In this document: in pieces, positions 26,021 to 35,452 of the stretch
How the letters are laid out: each line of letters starts with the position of its first letter
Position numbering within the stretch: position 1 is the stretch's first letter
The notes under the pieces: generated by a model
The model's database searches: none
Told to the model about the DNA's origin: nothing
What the model saw: only the letters and a program-made list of their open reading frames with translations
Program-made: the position numbers and the translations under genes
Source: a bacterium
Lineage (GTDB): Bacteria; Electryoneota; Electryoneia; Electryoneales; Electryoneaceae
Length of the DNA: 37,601 nt
Assembly (NCBI GenBank): GCA_043801585.1
Contig: JAZDLX010000193.1
Span: forward strand, 1-37,601
Reading direction: 5' to 3'

Positions 26021-28717
26021 TTGGCGGCGAAGAAGACGCGCAAACTGTTCCAAGTGGCGAAGGAACTGAACCTCGCAACGTCGACCCTGGCGGAAGAGCT
26101 TCAGAACCTGGGCTACGAGGCAACGAAGAAGCAGATGACTCCCATCGAAGATGAGGTGTATGGGAAGCTTCTGAAGAAATTCGCCCCCGATCGCTGGGCC
26201 GAACTGCAGGCGGAGGCGGAGCAGGAAGACTCCGTCCGTCAGGCTGTCAAATCCCAGCATGTCCGCGAGGAGCAACTCCGTAAGATCATGGAGTCGGAGG
26301 CTCCCCGCAAACCCGCGCCCTCAGTACGCAGCCTGGATCGTTCTGAAATCATTGCAGCTCGCGATCTCGACAAGGAAGCCGCAAGTGCCGAACAGGCGTC
26401 TGTAGCCACTCTGGAAGAGTCTGCAACTTCCCGGGCGAAACGAACCTCTCGCACCGACGGTGCGAAACACCATCGTGCTCAGGACGACGTCGATACCGGG
26501 CATAAGACGGGAAAGAAAGAGTCAAAACAACCATCCGCACCCACACCGGCCGTACGGGGTGGCGTCAGCAATGATGACATCCTCGCTTTCGCTCCGGCTC
26601 AACCCGCCGAGACCTACGAACCACAGAAAAAAGAGCCTAAAACGTCGCGCAGCCCGCAGGATTTCACCGCGACCGATGAAGACGAAGAAAAACCTCGGGG
26701 ACGCAAGCGCAAGCGCAAGACCAAGCGGGATGCTGATCCTGTAAAACCAACCGGGCCTTCCTCCGGAGGTTGGCTGAGCACCGGTGACGCCACCACGGGC
26801 AAGAAGCGGAAACGCCGCGACAAACGGAAGAAACCGGACGCCGCGGAAGTTGCCGCGACGGTGAAGGAAACGCTCGCCGCCATGGACAGCACCGGCAAGC
26901 GTAAACGCAAGCGCCGCGTCCAGCTCGAAGTCGGAATGGTGGACGAAGACCAGAACCTGATTAAGATCACCGAGTTCGTATCGACGCAGGAGCTGGCAAC
27001 GTTGCTTGACGTCCCGGTCACCGACCTGATCAAAGAGTGCCTGATGCTGGGCCTGCGTGTCACCATCAACCAGCGCCTCGAGAGGGAAACGATTCAGCTT
27101 CTCTCCGAGGAACACGGTTTCCGCGTCGAATTCGTTGATGAACTCGAGCAGCAGGAAATGACCGCCACGGAAACTGAGGAAGATGAAGGCGGCGAGGAGC
27201 TTGTCCGCCCACCGGTGGTCACGATCATGGGCCATGTCGATCATGGCAAAACGACACTGCTCGACTTCATCCGTAAGTCGCACATTGCGGAAGGCGAGGC
27301 CGGTGGAATCACCCAGCATATCGGCGCCTACGAAATTGAACACAATGGGAACAAAATCACGTTCCTCGATACTCCCGGTCACGAAGCGTTTACCGCGATG
27401 CGCGCCCGTGGCGCGCAGGTGACAGACGTTGTCGTCCTCGTGGTTGCCGCTGACGACCAGGTGATGCCGCAGACGGTGGAAGCCATCGACCACGCGAAAG
27501 CCGCCGGTGTGCCCATCGTCGTTGCGATCAACAAGATGGACAAACCCGGCGCCAATGCCGAAAAGGTTCGCCAGCAACTCGCCGAGCACAAGGTTCAGGT
27601 TGAGGAATGGGGCGGCGATATCCAGTCAGCGGAGATTTCCGCGAAGAAGGGTACGAACCTTGACGTGCTGCTCGACAAGATTCTGATCGCTACGGAAATC
27701 CTCGAGCTGAAAGCCGTGCAGGACGCTCCCGCCCGCGGTTTCGTCATCGAATCACGCCAGGAGAAGGGTCGCGGCACGGTTTCCACAATCCTGATCCAGC
27801 GGGGAACGCTGCACATTGGAGACGTTTTTGTTGCCGGCCCGCACTTCGGCCGTGTCCGGGCGATGTTTGACGAGTTGGGCAGCAAGCGGGAACTGGCGGT
27901 CCCCGGACAGCCGGTGCAGATCACCGGCTTCGAAGGCGCACCGCACGTTGGCGACCAGCTGGTTGTCTTCCGGGATGAGCATGAAGCGAAGGAAATCGCC
28001 ATCAAGCGCCAGCAGCAGATCCGTGAGCAGGAAATGCGGATGCGCGAGTCCTCCGGACACGGTGACATCCTGCTGCTCGTCGAAGGTACGGAGAAGAAAG
28101 AGCTGCGCCTGGTGATCAAAGGCGATGTGGACGGATCGGTCGAAGCGATCGCGGACAGCCTGATGCGGCTTGTCACCGACGAGGTGGAGGTCAAGATCAT
28201 CCGCCGTGCGGTCGGCCCTATCAACGAGAGCGACATCCTGCTCGCCAGCGCCTCCAAGGCGATGGTGATCGGATTCAACTCGCATCCAATGGGCAAAGCC
28301 CGCGAGATGGCGATACGTGACGGCGTCCCCCTCCAAGTCTATCGGATCATCTACGAGTTGATCGAAGACATCAAGGGTATCATCGTCGGCATGCACAAAC
28401 GACAGATGACCGAGGAAATCATCGGTCAGGCCGAAGTCCGGGATACCTTCAAAATCAGCCGAATCGGTACGATTGCCGGTTGCCATGTGACCGAAGGCAA
28501 GATCGAGCGGCACAACCGGGTGCGAATCCTTCGTGACGGCATCGAAGCGTACAGCGGCGAGATCGAAACGCTGAAGCGCCATAAAGACGATGCCAAGGAG
28601 GTCGCCCAGGGGTTCGAATGCGGCATCAAGATCGCGAACTTCAACGACATCAAAGTAGGCGACCTGATTCAGTCGTACAAGATGGTTGAAGTCGATCGCG
28701 AGATCGAAGTCGGATAA
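26021..28717 (+). CDS. infB: Translation initiation factor IF-2
   Basis: [41 protein letters not shown] and ECGI. Likely TTG start at 26021 after GAGAGG. Confidence 0.98.
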   Translation: MAAKKTRKLFQVAKELNLATSTLAEELQNLGYEATKKQMTPIEDEVYGKLLKKFAPDRWAELQAEAEQEDSVRQAVKSQHVREEQLRKIMESEAPRKPAPSVRSLDRSEIIAARDLDKEAASAEQASVATLEESATSRAKRTSRTDGAKHHRAQDDVDTGHKTGKKESKQPSAPTPAVRGGVSNDDILAFAPAQPAETYEPQKKEPKTSRSPQDFTATDEDEEKPRGRKRKRKTKRDADPVKPTGPSSGGWLSTGDATTGKKRKRRDKRKKPDAAEVAATVKETLAAMDSTGKRKRKRRVQLEVGMVDEDQNLIKITEFVSTQELATLLDVPVTDLIKECLMLGLRVTINQRLERETIQLLSEEHGFRVEFVDELEQQEMTATETEEDEGGEELVRPPVVTIMGHVDHGKTTLLDFIRKSHIAEGEAGGITQHIGAYEIEHNGNKITFLDTPGHEAFTAMRARGAQVTDVVVLVVAADDQVMPQTVEAIDHAKAAGVPIVVAINKMDKPGANAEKVRQQLAEHKVQVEEWGGDIQSAEISAKKGTNLDVLLDKILIATEILELKAVQDAPARGFVIESRQEKGRGTVSTILIQRGTLHIGDVFVAGPHFGRVRAMFDELGSKRELAVPGQPVQITGFEGAPHVGDQLVVFRDEHEAKEIAIKRQQQIREQEMRMRESSGHGDILLLVEGTEKKELRLVIKGDVDGSVEAIADSLMRLVTDEVEVKIIRRAVGPINESDILLASASKAMVIGFNSHPMGKAREMAIRDGVPLQVYRIIYELIEDIKGIIVGMHKRQMTEEIIGQAEVRDTFKISRIGTIAGCHVTEGKIERHNRVRILRDGIEAYSGEIETLKRHKDDAKEVAQGFECGIKIANFNDIKVGDLIQSYKMVEVDREIEVG

Positions 28718-28722
28718 AGGAT

Positions 28723-28920
28723 AAACAAAGATCCTTCATCCGCCAGCCGGCGGATTCAGGATGACTGAATAGCAGCTTTCAGGATGACGCCAATCAATCA
28801 TTCTGAACCGCCCTGTTTGGGTGGCCTGACCCTTCAGGGTCGGGTTTCTGGAGGTCAACCGGGCGCCAATCAGTCATTCTGAACCGGCGAAGGCGAGTGA
28901 AGAATCTTTGGGGTGAAGTT
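28723..28920. repeat. Composite palindromic repeat, copy 1 (with nested insertion)
   Basis: 28723-28810 matches 29358-29445 with 2 mismatches. It then carries a 53-nt extra segment and a second copy of CGCCAATCARTCATTCTGAACCG. Confidence 0.9.
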
Positions 28921-29002
28921 GAAACACCCCAACAGGTCTCAGTTGTACACAAGACCTGCGGGAACAGGCATAACCAAATGTGAGTGACGTGAGACTTCCA
29001 AC

Positions 29003-29287
29003 ATGGCTGCCATCGGGCTGCTGGAAGTGGAGTTCCTGATCCCCGCCGCGACGTCGCTGAAGGACAAGCGGCGCGTGGTTAAATCGTTGAAGGATCGAGT
29101 CCGCAACAGCTATAACGTATCGATTGCGGAAGTTGAATACGCGGATGTGCCCGGCCGATGCCACCTCGCGGTGGTGACTATCTGCGAAGCGAGAAGCGAA
29201 GCGCAACACCGTCTCGAATCGGTCGAACGGTTGATTCTCGCGGAGACCGTGATTGCGGTGACCGATCGGCAGTTGACATGGCTTTAA
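29003..29287 (+). CDS. DUF503 (YlxP-like) protein
   Basis: SLKDKRRVVKSLKDRVRNSYNVSIAEV motif, in the conserved position between infB and rbfA. Confidence 0.9.
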   Translation: MAAIGLLEVEFLIPAATSLKDKRRVVKSLKDRVRNSYNVSIAEVEYADVPGRCHLAVVTICEARSEAQHRLESVERLILAETVIAVTDRQLTWL

Positions 29288-29357
29288 GTAGTTTTCCGTC
29301 AGGTGACCGGAGCACTATGAACTTGATGGAAGAACGAAATGGTGAAGGATAAGGCCA

Positions 29358-29487
29358 AAACAAAGATCCTTCATCCGCCAGCCGGCGGATTCAGGATGAC
29401 TGAATAGTAGCTTTCAGGATGACGCCAATCAGTCATTCTGAACCGTCCCGATTCATCGGGACGAGTGAAGAATCTTTGAGTTGAAGT
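29358..29487. repeat. Composite palindromic repeat, copy 2 (empty site)
   Basis: AGATCCTTCA-[TCCGCCAGCCGGCGGA]-TTCAGGATGAC ... GTCATTCTGAACC-[GTCCCGATTCATCGGGAC]-GAGTGAAGAATCT. Confidence 0.9.
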
Positions 29488-29620
29488 TTGTGTTGAAACA
29501 AGATCAGCCGGTTTTCAGAAATCGAATTGCATCAAGTGACGTAAGAGAGCAGTATTAAGGATCGTTTCCCGGCAGCGGATAGGGTCCGTACAGCTGGGAG
29601 CGCATCGTCAAGGGCAGGAC

Positions 29621-30043
29621 ATGAAAATACCGAAGACCAAGCGCGCCCGTCGTGTGGGCGTGGAAATACAGAAGATAGTCGCGGAAACCGTTCGCCGAGA
29701 AACCGCCAACGTTACGTCCGGCGCGATTGTATCCATCCCCGAAGTTCGTGTCAGCGACGATTTGCGGCATGCCAACCTTTACTGTTCCATCCACGGTGTG
29801 GAAGATCCCCAGGCGATCCAGACACATCTGTTGAGGTTCCTCCCTACTCTGCGCCGGCAAGTGGCGAAATCCCTGTGCATCCGGAAAATCCCTGAAATGC
29901 GATTCGTCTGGGACGAGACATTCGAACGGGCGGACAAGTTGGAACAGCTCTTCCGTAAAATCGAGGAAGATTCGACCTCGACCGGCAGTCATGGCGAGGA
30001 CGCTGGTGAAGAGGAGAACAGCGAGGAAACCGATGAAAGGTAA
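29621..30043 (+). CDS. rbfA: Ribosome-binding factor A
   Basis: RARRVGVEIQKIVAE, VRVSDDLRHA and RKIPEMRFVWDET, plus synteny. Confidence 0.92.
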   Translation: MKIPKTKRARRVGVEIQKIVAETVRRETANVTSGAIVSIPEVRVSDDLRHANLYCSIHGVEDPQAIQTHLLRFLPTLRRQVAKSLCIRKIPEMRFVWDETFERADKLEQLFRKIEEDSTSTGSHGEDAGEEENSEETDER

Positions 30044-30989
30044 ACCCCTGCTCCCCCTCCTGCGCGAGGTGGATAATGTGCTGGTGACGAGCCACGTCAA
30101 TCCGGATGGCGACGCCATCGGATCTGTACTCGCTGCCACTGCCCTGCTCAAGGCAATGCGCAAACAGGCGTTTCCCGTGCTTCAGGACGGCATTCCAGAA
30201 CGCTTCCGCTTCCTGCCGGGAGCGAAAGCCGTGAAAACGACGGAAGAGGCGAAAAACGCCGGATATACTTTTGAAGCGACTCTGCTTGTCGACGCCGGCG
30301 AAATCGACCGCATGGGCAACGTCGAAGAACTCGTTCCCGAGGGAGCCCCGTTGCTGGTGATCGACCACCACGTTTCGACGACTCATCCCGGCGGCGGGGA
30401 AATCATCGATACGCGGGCAAGCGCGACCTGTGAACTGCTCGCTCCCCTTTTCGAAGCGATGGAAGTGAAGATGTCGCCCGCCGCTGCCACAGCGCTGTAC
30501 ACAGGCATCCTGACCGACACAGGCCGTTTCCGCTTTGTCAACACCACCGCCCGCGCTCTCGCTGTCGCTTCAAGACTTGTCGAAGCGGGGGCCGATCCCG
30601 CGGAAATCACCCGTGAAATCTATTTCCGGGAGAATCCGTTGACGACCATCGGCCTCGGCCGATTCCTTTCGCGAATGCAACTGTTCGAACAGGGACGAAT
30701 CGCCATCAGTCACATTCCGTTCGAGGAGAAGGACATCGACACGGAGGGTTATATCGACCACCTGACGTCGCTGGACGGTGTCGAAATCGCAGCGTTGCTC
30801 CGCCCGCTTGACACAAAGTCATTCAAAATATCCTTTCGCAGCACCGGAGAAGCAAACGTCGAGCGTGTAGCACGCCTGTTCGGGGGCGGTGGACACGAAA
30901 AAGCCGCCGGTGGCACCGTGGAAGGCGGAATTGATGCGGTAATAAAGAAGGTGGTCAAGGCGTGCCGGAACGAATTCGCGGGATTGTAG
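30033..30989 (+). CDS. DHH-family phosphoesterase (NrnA-like oligoribonuclease/pAp phosphatase)
   Basis: HVNPDGDAIGS, IDHH, TDTGRF and GGGGHEKAAG. Confidence 0.93.
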   Translation: MKGKPLLPLLREVDNVLVTSHVNPDGDAIGSVLAATALLKAMRKQAFPVLQDGIPERFRFLPGAKAVKTTEEAKNAGYTFEATLLVDAGEIDRMGNVEELVPEGAPLLVIDHHVSTTHPGGGEIIDTRASATCELLAPLFEAMEVKMSPAAATALYTGILTDTGRFRFVNTTARALAVASRLVEAGADPAEITREIYFRENPLTTIGLGRFLSRMQLFEQGRIAISHIPFEEKDIDTEGYIDHLTSLDGVEIAALLRPLDTKSFKISFRSTGEANVERVARLFGGGGHEKAAGGTVEGGIDAVIKKVVKACRNEFAGL

Positions 30990-31657
30990 AACTTTCAGCC
31001 GGGCGCCTGTTTCTGATCGACAAGCCCGCCGGGATCACGTCCCACGATGTGGTTGACCGTGTCCGCAAGTTGACCGGCGAAAAACGTGTCGGCCACTCAG
31101 GAACGCTCGACCCTGCGGCAACGGGATTGCTCGTCGTCGGCGTCGGTCGTGGCGCAACCAGGACCCTCGCGGAAAAACTGGACGGCGGAAAACGGTATCG
31201 GGCGACAGCGCGATTGGGACTCGCCAGCGACACCCTTGACGCTGAGGGAAACGTCTTCAACGTCGCGGTCCCAACCTTTGCCCGCGAGCGGATCGTACAG
31301 GCTTTGGATACTCTTGCGCAAATGGAGATGCAGGTGCCACCGATGGTCAGCGCGTTGAAACGGCAGGGGATTCCGCTGTACAAACTCGCCAGGCGGGGAT
31401 GGTGGATCGAGCGCGAACCCCGTCCCGTCCGGATCGACGAACTGGTGCTCGTGGACACCGACGGCAGGGATGTCACCTTTGACGTTGCGGGGGGAGGCGG
31501 ACTTTATGTACGGTCGGTCGTCAACGACCTCGGCAGGACGCTGGGCGCTCCTGCATCGCTCGTGCAGTTGCGGCGGACGTCGATCGATCCGTGGCGGGTC
31601 GAAGACGCCCTGACACTCGAGGAATTGGAAACGATGGGCCGGGAGGGGTTGTTGTGA
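30962..31657 (+). CDS. truB: tRNA pseudouridine(55) synthase
   Basis: DKPAGITSHDVV, GHSGTLDPAATG, QVPPMVSALK and GLYVRS. The start position is uncertain. Confidence 0.93.
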   Translation: MPERIRGIVELSAGRLFLIDKPAGITSHDVVDRVRKLTGEKRVGHSGTLDPAATGLLVVGVGRGATRTLAEKLDGGKRYRATARLGLASDTLDAEGNVFNVAVPTFARERIVQALDTLAQMEMQVPPMVSALKRQGIPLYKLARRGWWIEREPRPVRIDELVLVDTDGRDVTFDVAGGGGLYVRSVVNDLGRTLGAPASLVQLRRTSIDPWRVEDALTLEELETMGREGLL

Positions 31658-32625
31658 GGGTAATCCGTTACGGACAGGATGAGCTCATACGAGAACCGGG
31701 TGCATCGCTGACCCTCGGCACGTTTGACGGTGTGCACCTGGGACATCGCGATCTGCTGACGTCACTGGTGCGCGGAACATTGCCCACCGTGGTAACGTTT
31801 GAACCACACCCTCAGCATGTGCTTCGCACCTATCCGGACAGGTTGCTATTGTTGACCTCGACACCGGAGAAACTGCGCAAGCTGGAGAAATTTGGCGTCC
31901 AACGAACGGTGATCCTTCCGTTCACAAGGGAACTTTCGACCCTATCCGCCGACGAATTCCTCCGCCGCTTGCTGATCGGTGAGGTCGGGATGGCGCGGCT
32001 TGTGGTCGGCTTTAACCACTCCTTCGGCAGAAACCGCGAAGGCAACCTCGATTTCATGCGCGCCCGTTCGCAAGAACTCGGCTTTGAACTTGTGGTGGTT
32101 GACGCTCTGCGTCAGGGTCAGGAAGCGATCAGCAGCACGCACATTCGCCGTGCATTGTCAACGGGCAGCCTTCGCACCGCCAACCGTTTCCTGACATCCC
32201 CTTACCGGATGCAAGTACGAGTCATCCACGGCGAAGGACGCGGACATGACCTCGGTTTTCCCACGGCGAACCTGATTCCGGTCGATCCGGATCAACTGAT
32301 TCCCGCCGAGGGGGTCTACGCCGTACGGGTGATCCTCGAGGATGAAACGCTGCATGGAGTCGCATCCATCGGCCGCAAGGAGACATTCGGCGAGAACCCG
32401 CTGGCTATCGAAGTGCACATTTTCGACCGCGATCCTGATCTGTACAATCGAATGCTGGATATCGAGTGGATCGACTATCTGCGCGAACAGCGCGCATTTG
32501 AAAATGCGGAAGGATTGATTGCGGAGATGAACAGGGACAGCCATCGCGCTCGAGAAATTCTCGAGATCGCTGACTCTCAGGGGCTGATCCCGGATGTCAA
32601 CGACAACAAAACAAAGAAAGCATAA
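31654..32625 (+). CDS. ribF: Bifunctional riboflavin kinase/FAD synthetase
   Basis: [35 protein letters not shown] and IEVHIFD. The GTG start overlaps the truB stop. Confidence 0.95.
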   Translation: MRVIRYGQDELIREPGASLTLGTFDGVHLGHRDLLTSLVRGTLPTVVTFEPHPQHVLRTYPDRLLLLTSTPEKLRKLEKFGVQRTVILPFTRELSTLSADEFLRRLLIGEVGMARLVVGFNHSFGRNREGNLDFMRARSQELGFELVVVDALRQGQEAISSTHIRRALSTGSLRTANRFLTSPYRMQVRVIHGEGRGHDLGFPTANLIPVDPDQLIPAEGVYAVRVILEDETLHGVASIGRKETFGENPLAIEVHIFDRDPDLYNRMLDIEWIDYLREQRAFENAEGLIAEMNRDSHRAREILEIADSQGLIPDVNDNKTKKA

Positions 32626-32651
32626 ACGGCATCAGAAAGGAGGGTGGCGTC

Positions 32652-32921
32652 ATGCCCCTCTCGAACGAACAGAAAGCCGATATCATCAAGAAATTCGGCT
32701 CGGATGAAAAGGACACGGGTCGGACGGAGGTTCAGGTTGCCTTGCTCACTGCACGCATCCAGGAACTGACCGAACATTTCCGCACTCACACAAAAGATCA
32801 CCACTCCCGTCGCGGGCTCATGAAACTTGTCGGAAAACGGCAGAGCCTGCTCGCGTACCTGCGCGACAAGAACATCGAGCGGTACCGTTCCTTGATCAAG
32901 GAACTTGGACTGCGCCGGTAG
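32652..32921 (+). CDS. rpsO: 30S ribosomal protein S15
   Basis: [13 protein letters not shown]...KDHHSRRGL...LGLRR. Confidence 0.98.
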   Translation: MPLSNEQKADIIKKFGSDEKDTGRTEVQVALLTARIQELTEHFRTHTKDHHSRRGLMKLVGKRQSLLAYLRDKNIERYRSLIKELGLRR

Positions 32922-33014
32922 ACGAAGGACAAAGGACGAAAAGGTGACAATTCACTCGCTGTGCGGATCCTGTCAGTCAAAGGTCGGATGGGACGCCGGC
33001 AAATGGAGGTTTTC

Positions 33015-35210
33015 ATGAGTTTTCGACGAGAGATGGACCTCGGTGGCCGAACGCTGTCGATCGAGGTTGGAAAAGTCGCAAAGCAGGCGGACGGCGCCGC
33101 GTGGGTGCAGTACGGTGAAACCATCGTGCTGACCACCGTCGTCTCCAGCCGTGAACGGAGTGTCAACACGGACTTCTTCCCGTTGACCGTGGACTACCGT
33201 GAGAAGAAATACGCGGGCGGCAAAATCCCCGGCGGTTTCTTCAAACGCGAGGCTCGGCCTCACGACAAGGAAGTCCTCACGTCCCGACTGATCGACAGGC
33301 CGCTGCGTCCTCTCTTCCCGAAAGGGTACTACTACGAGACGCAGATCCTGTGCAATGTGTTTTCCCACGACGGAGAGAACGAAGGCGATATCCTCGGGCA
33401 GATCGGAGCTTCAGTCGGCCTGCTGGTCAGTGATATCCCCTTCCCGAAAGAGAACGCGGTAGCCAGTGTAAAGGTCGGGCGGATCAACGGTGAATTCGTG
33501 CTCAACCCGACCATCAGCCAGATTGATGAGAGCGACCTGTTCCTCAACGTCGCGGGCACCTACAACGCCATCGCCATGGTGGAAGGGGACGCCAAGGAGG
33601 TCGAAGAACCGGTGTTCGTCGACGCCATCGACTTCGCCCACGATGCGATCAAAAAGATCATCGAGCTGGAATGGGAGTTTTACGACGCGCTGACCAAACC
33701 GGACCGTGAGTGGGAACCGGTGCTGACCACAGAGGAGATCGAACAGGCGGTAGCGGAATTCGTCAGCGACCGTGTCAACGGATTTGCCGATATCGCGGAC
33801 AAACTTGAGCGCCGCACGGCCCAGAAGCTGTTGGCGGTCGAGATGCTCGAAGCCCTCGCGGAACGCTTCCCCGAGCAGGAGAAGTTGATGAAGTGGGCGT
33901 ACGATGCTCTGGTCAAGAAAGCGATGCGGAAAAAGGCGCTCGAAACCAAGGTTCGCCTCGACGGACGTGGACCGAAGGATATCCGTTCGATCAGCGTGGA
34001 AACGGGACTTCTCCCCCGCGCTCATGGCACCAGTCTGTTCACCCGTGGACAGACCCAGGCACTCGCAGCGGTGACGCTCGGCACCAAAATGGACGAGCAG
34101 AAAATCGACGACCTCGAAGGAGAGTACTGGAAGACGTTCATGCTCCATTACAACTTCCCGCCCTTCTCGGTCGGCGAGGTTCGCCGCTTCCTCGCTCCCG
34201 GACGCCGCGAGCAGGGCCACGGCCATCTTGCTGAGCGTTCGCTGAAGGTGATGATGCCGCAATGGGAGGATTTCCCCTACACGGTTCGTATCGTCAGCGA
34301 GGTGCTCGAATCAAACGGTTCGTCGTCGATGGCGACGATCTGCGCGGGAAGCATGGCGCTGATGGACGCCGGTGTTCCGACCAAAGGCGCCGTGGCGGGC
34401 ATTGCCATGGGCCTGATCAAGGAGCAGGATCAATTCATGATCCTCTCCGACATCCTCGGAGACGAAGACGCGCTGGGTGACATGGACTTCAAGGTTGCCG
34501 GAACCCGCAAGGGGATTACCGGTTTCCAGATGGACATCAAGATCATCGGCCTCTCCAAGGAGATCATGGCCGAGGCGCTGGAGCAGGCTCGTGTCGGGCG
34601 AAATCATATCCTCGACATCATGGACGCCGAGATCTCCCAGCCGCGCGAGAAACTTTCACAGTACGCTCCGTCGATCAAGCACATGAACATCGATCCCGAA
34701 TTCATCGGCATGGTCATCGGTCCCGGTGGAAAGATGATCCGCCAGCTCCAGACCGAATACGGCGTGAACATCGAGATTGATGACGACGGCACGATTGCGA
34801 TCTCCTCGACCAACCAGGAAGCGGTGATGGAGGTTGCAGACATTATTCGCAACATGACCCGCGAACCTGAGATCGGCGAGGAGTTCGACGCCAAGGTCGT
34901 CAAGGTGGTTGACTTCGGCGCGTTTGTCGAGCTGTACCCGGGCAAGGAGGGCCTTGTGCACGTCTCCGAGCTCGAGTGGCGGCGTGTCGAGAGAGTCACC
35001 GACGTTGTCAATCTCGGCGACATCGTTCGTGTCAAGCTGGTCAGCAAGACACCCGAGGGCAAACTGGACCTGAGCCGCAAGGCGCTGCTTCCGAAGCCCG
35101 AGGGCTATGTCGAGCCCGAACGCAAACCGCGCACCGGTGGTGGCGGCGGTGGACGTGGCGGCTCCAGCGGTGGACGTCGTGGTGGCAGTGGCGGAAACCG
35201 TCGCCGCTGA
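33015..35210 (+). CDS. pnp: Polyribonucleotide nucleotidyltransferase (PNPase)
   Basis: DFFPLTVDY, SRLIDRPLRP, RREQGHG, ESNGSSSM and DMDFKVAG, plus KH and S1 domains. GGAGG RBS before the ATG at 33015. Confidence 0.98.
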   Translation: MSFRREMDLGGRTLSIEVGKVAKQADGAAWVQYGETIVLTTVVSSRERSVNTDFFPLTVDYREKKYAGGKIPGGFFKREARPHDKEVLTSRLIDRPLRPLFPKGYYYETQILCNVFSHDGENEGDILGQIGASVGLLVSDIPFPKENAVASVKVGRINGEFVLNPTISQIDESDLFLNVAGTYNAIAMVEGDAKEVEEPVFVDAIDFAHDAIKKIIELEWEFYDALTKPDREWEPVLTTEEIEQAVAEFVSDRVNGFADIADKLERRTAQKLLAVEMLEALAERFPEQEKLMKWAYDALVKKAMRKKALETKVRLDGRGPKDIRSISVETGLLPRAHGTSLFTRGQTQALAAVTLGTKMDEQKIDDLEGEYWKTFMLHYNFPPFSVGEVRRFLAPGRREQGHGHLAERSLKVMMPQWEDFPYTVRIVSEVLESNGSSSMATICAGSMALMDAGVPTKGAVAGIAMGLIKEQDQFMILSDILGDEDALGDMDFKVAGTRKGITGFQMDIKIIGLSKEIMAEALEQARVGRNHILDIMDAEISQPREKLSQYAPSIKHMNIDPEFIGMVIGPGGKMIRQLQTEYGVNIEIDDDGTIAISSTNQEAVMEVADIIRNMTREPEIGEEFDAKVVKVVDFGAFVELYPGKEGLVHVSELEWRRVERVTDVVNLGDIVRVKLVSKTPEGKLDLSRKALLPKPEGYVEPERKPRTGGGGGGRGGSSGGRRGGSGGNRRR

Positions 35211-35229
35211 TCGTACGTGCGACCTTAGG

Positions 35230-35277
35230 GGGACAGCATCCGCATCAGATGCCCATGCTGTCCCGTTTTCCCTTTTC
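35230..35277 (+). terminator. Hairpin with GGGACAG/CTGTCCC ends and pyrimidine tail after pnp
   Basis: GGGACAGCAT...ATGCTGTCCC followed by GTTTTCCCTTTTC. Confidence 0.6.
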
Positions 35278-35295
35278 ATTCAGGACAGCGAGACC

Positions 35296-35452
35296 TATGA
35301 CGGCTCAACCTGAAGTCCGAAAAACCGTCACCAAAGAGGGCCAGGGTGGCCCGGGACTTCAGTCCCGGGTTTCATAAACTGTCATTTTCACGAGCACGGC
35401 GGAGTGTATGACTGCTCAACCTGAAGTCCGAAAAACCGTCACCGAAGACGGC
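35296..35452 (+). repeat. 46-bp direct duplication of the M16 peptidase 5' end flanking a REP-like hairpin
   Basis: 35296-35341 and 35407-35452 differ at 3 positions. The hairpin GGGTGGCCCGGGACTTCAGTCCCGGGTTTC (35344-35373) lies between them. Confidence 0.92.

Noticed and set aside
28723..29487. Possible CRISPR array
   Set aside because: There are only two composite copies 635 nt apart, with no regular repeat-spacer periodicity and no cas genes.
35375..35407. Stop-codon readthrough joining the mini-ORF to the M16 peptidase
   Set aside because: The stop is TAA with no recoding signal, and the downstream ATG has its own GGAG RBS.
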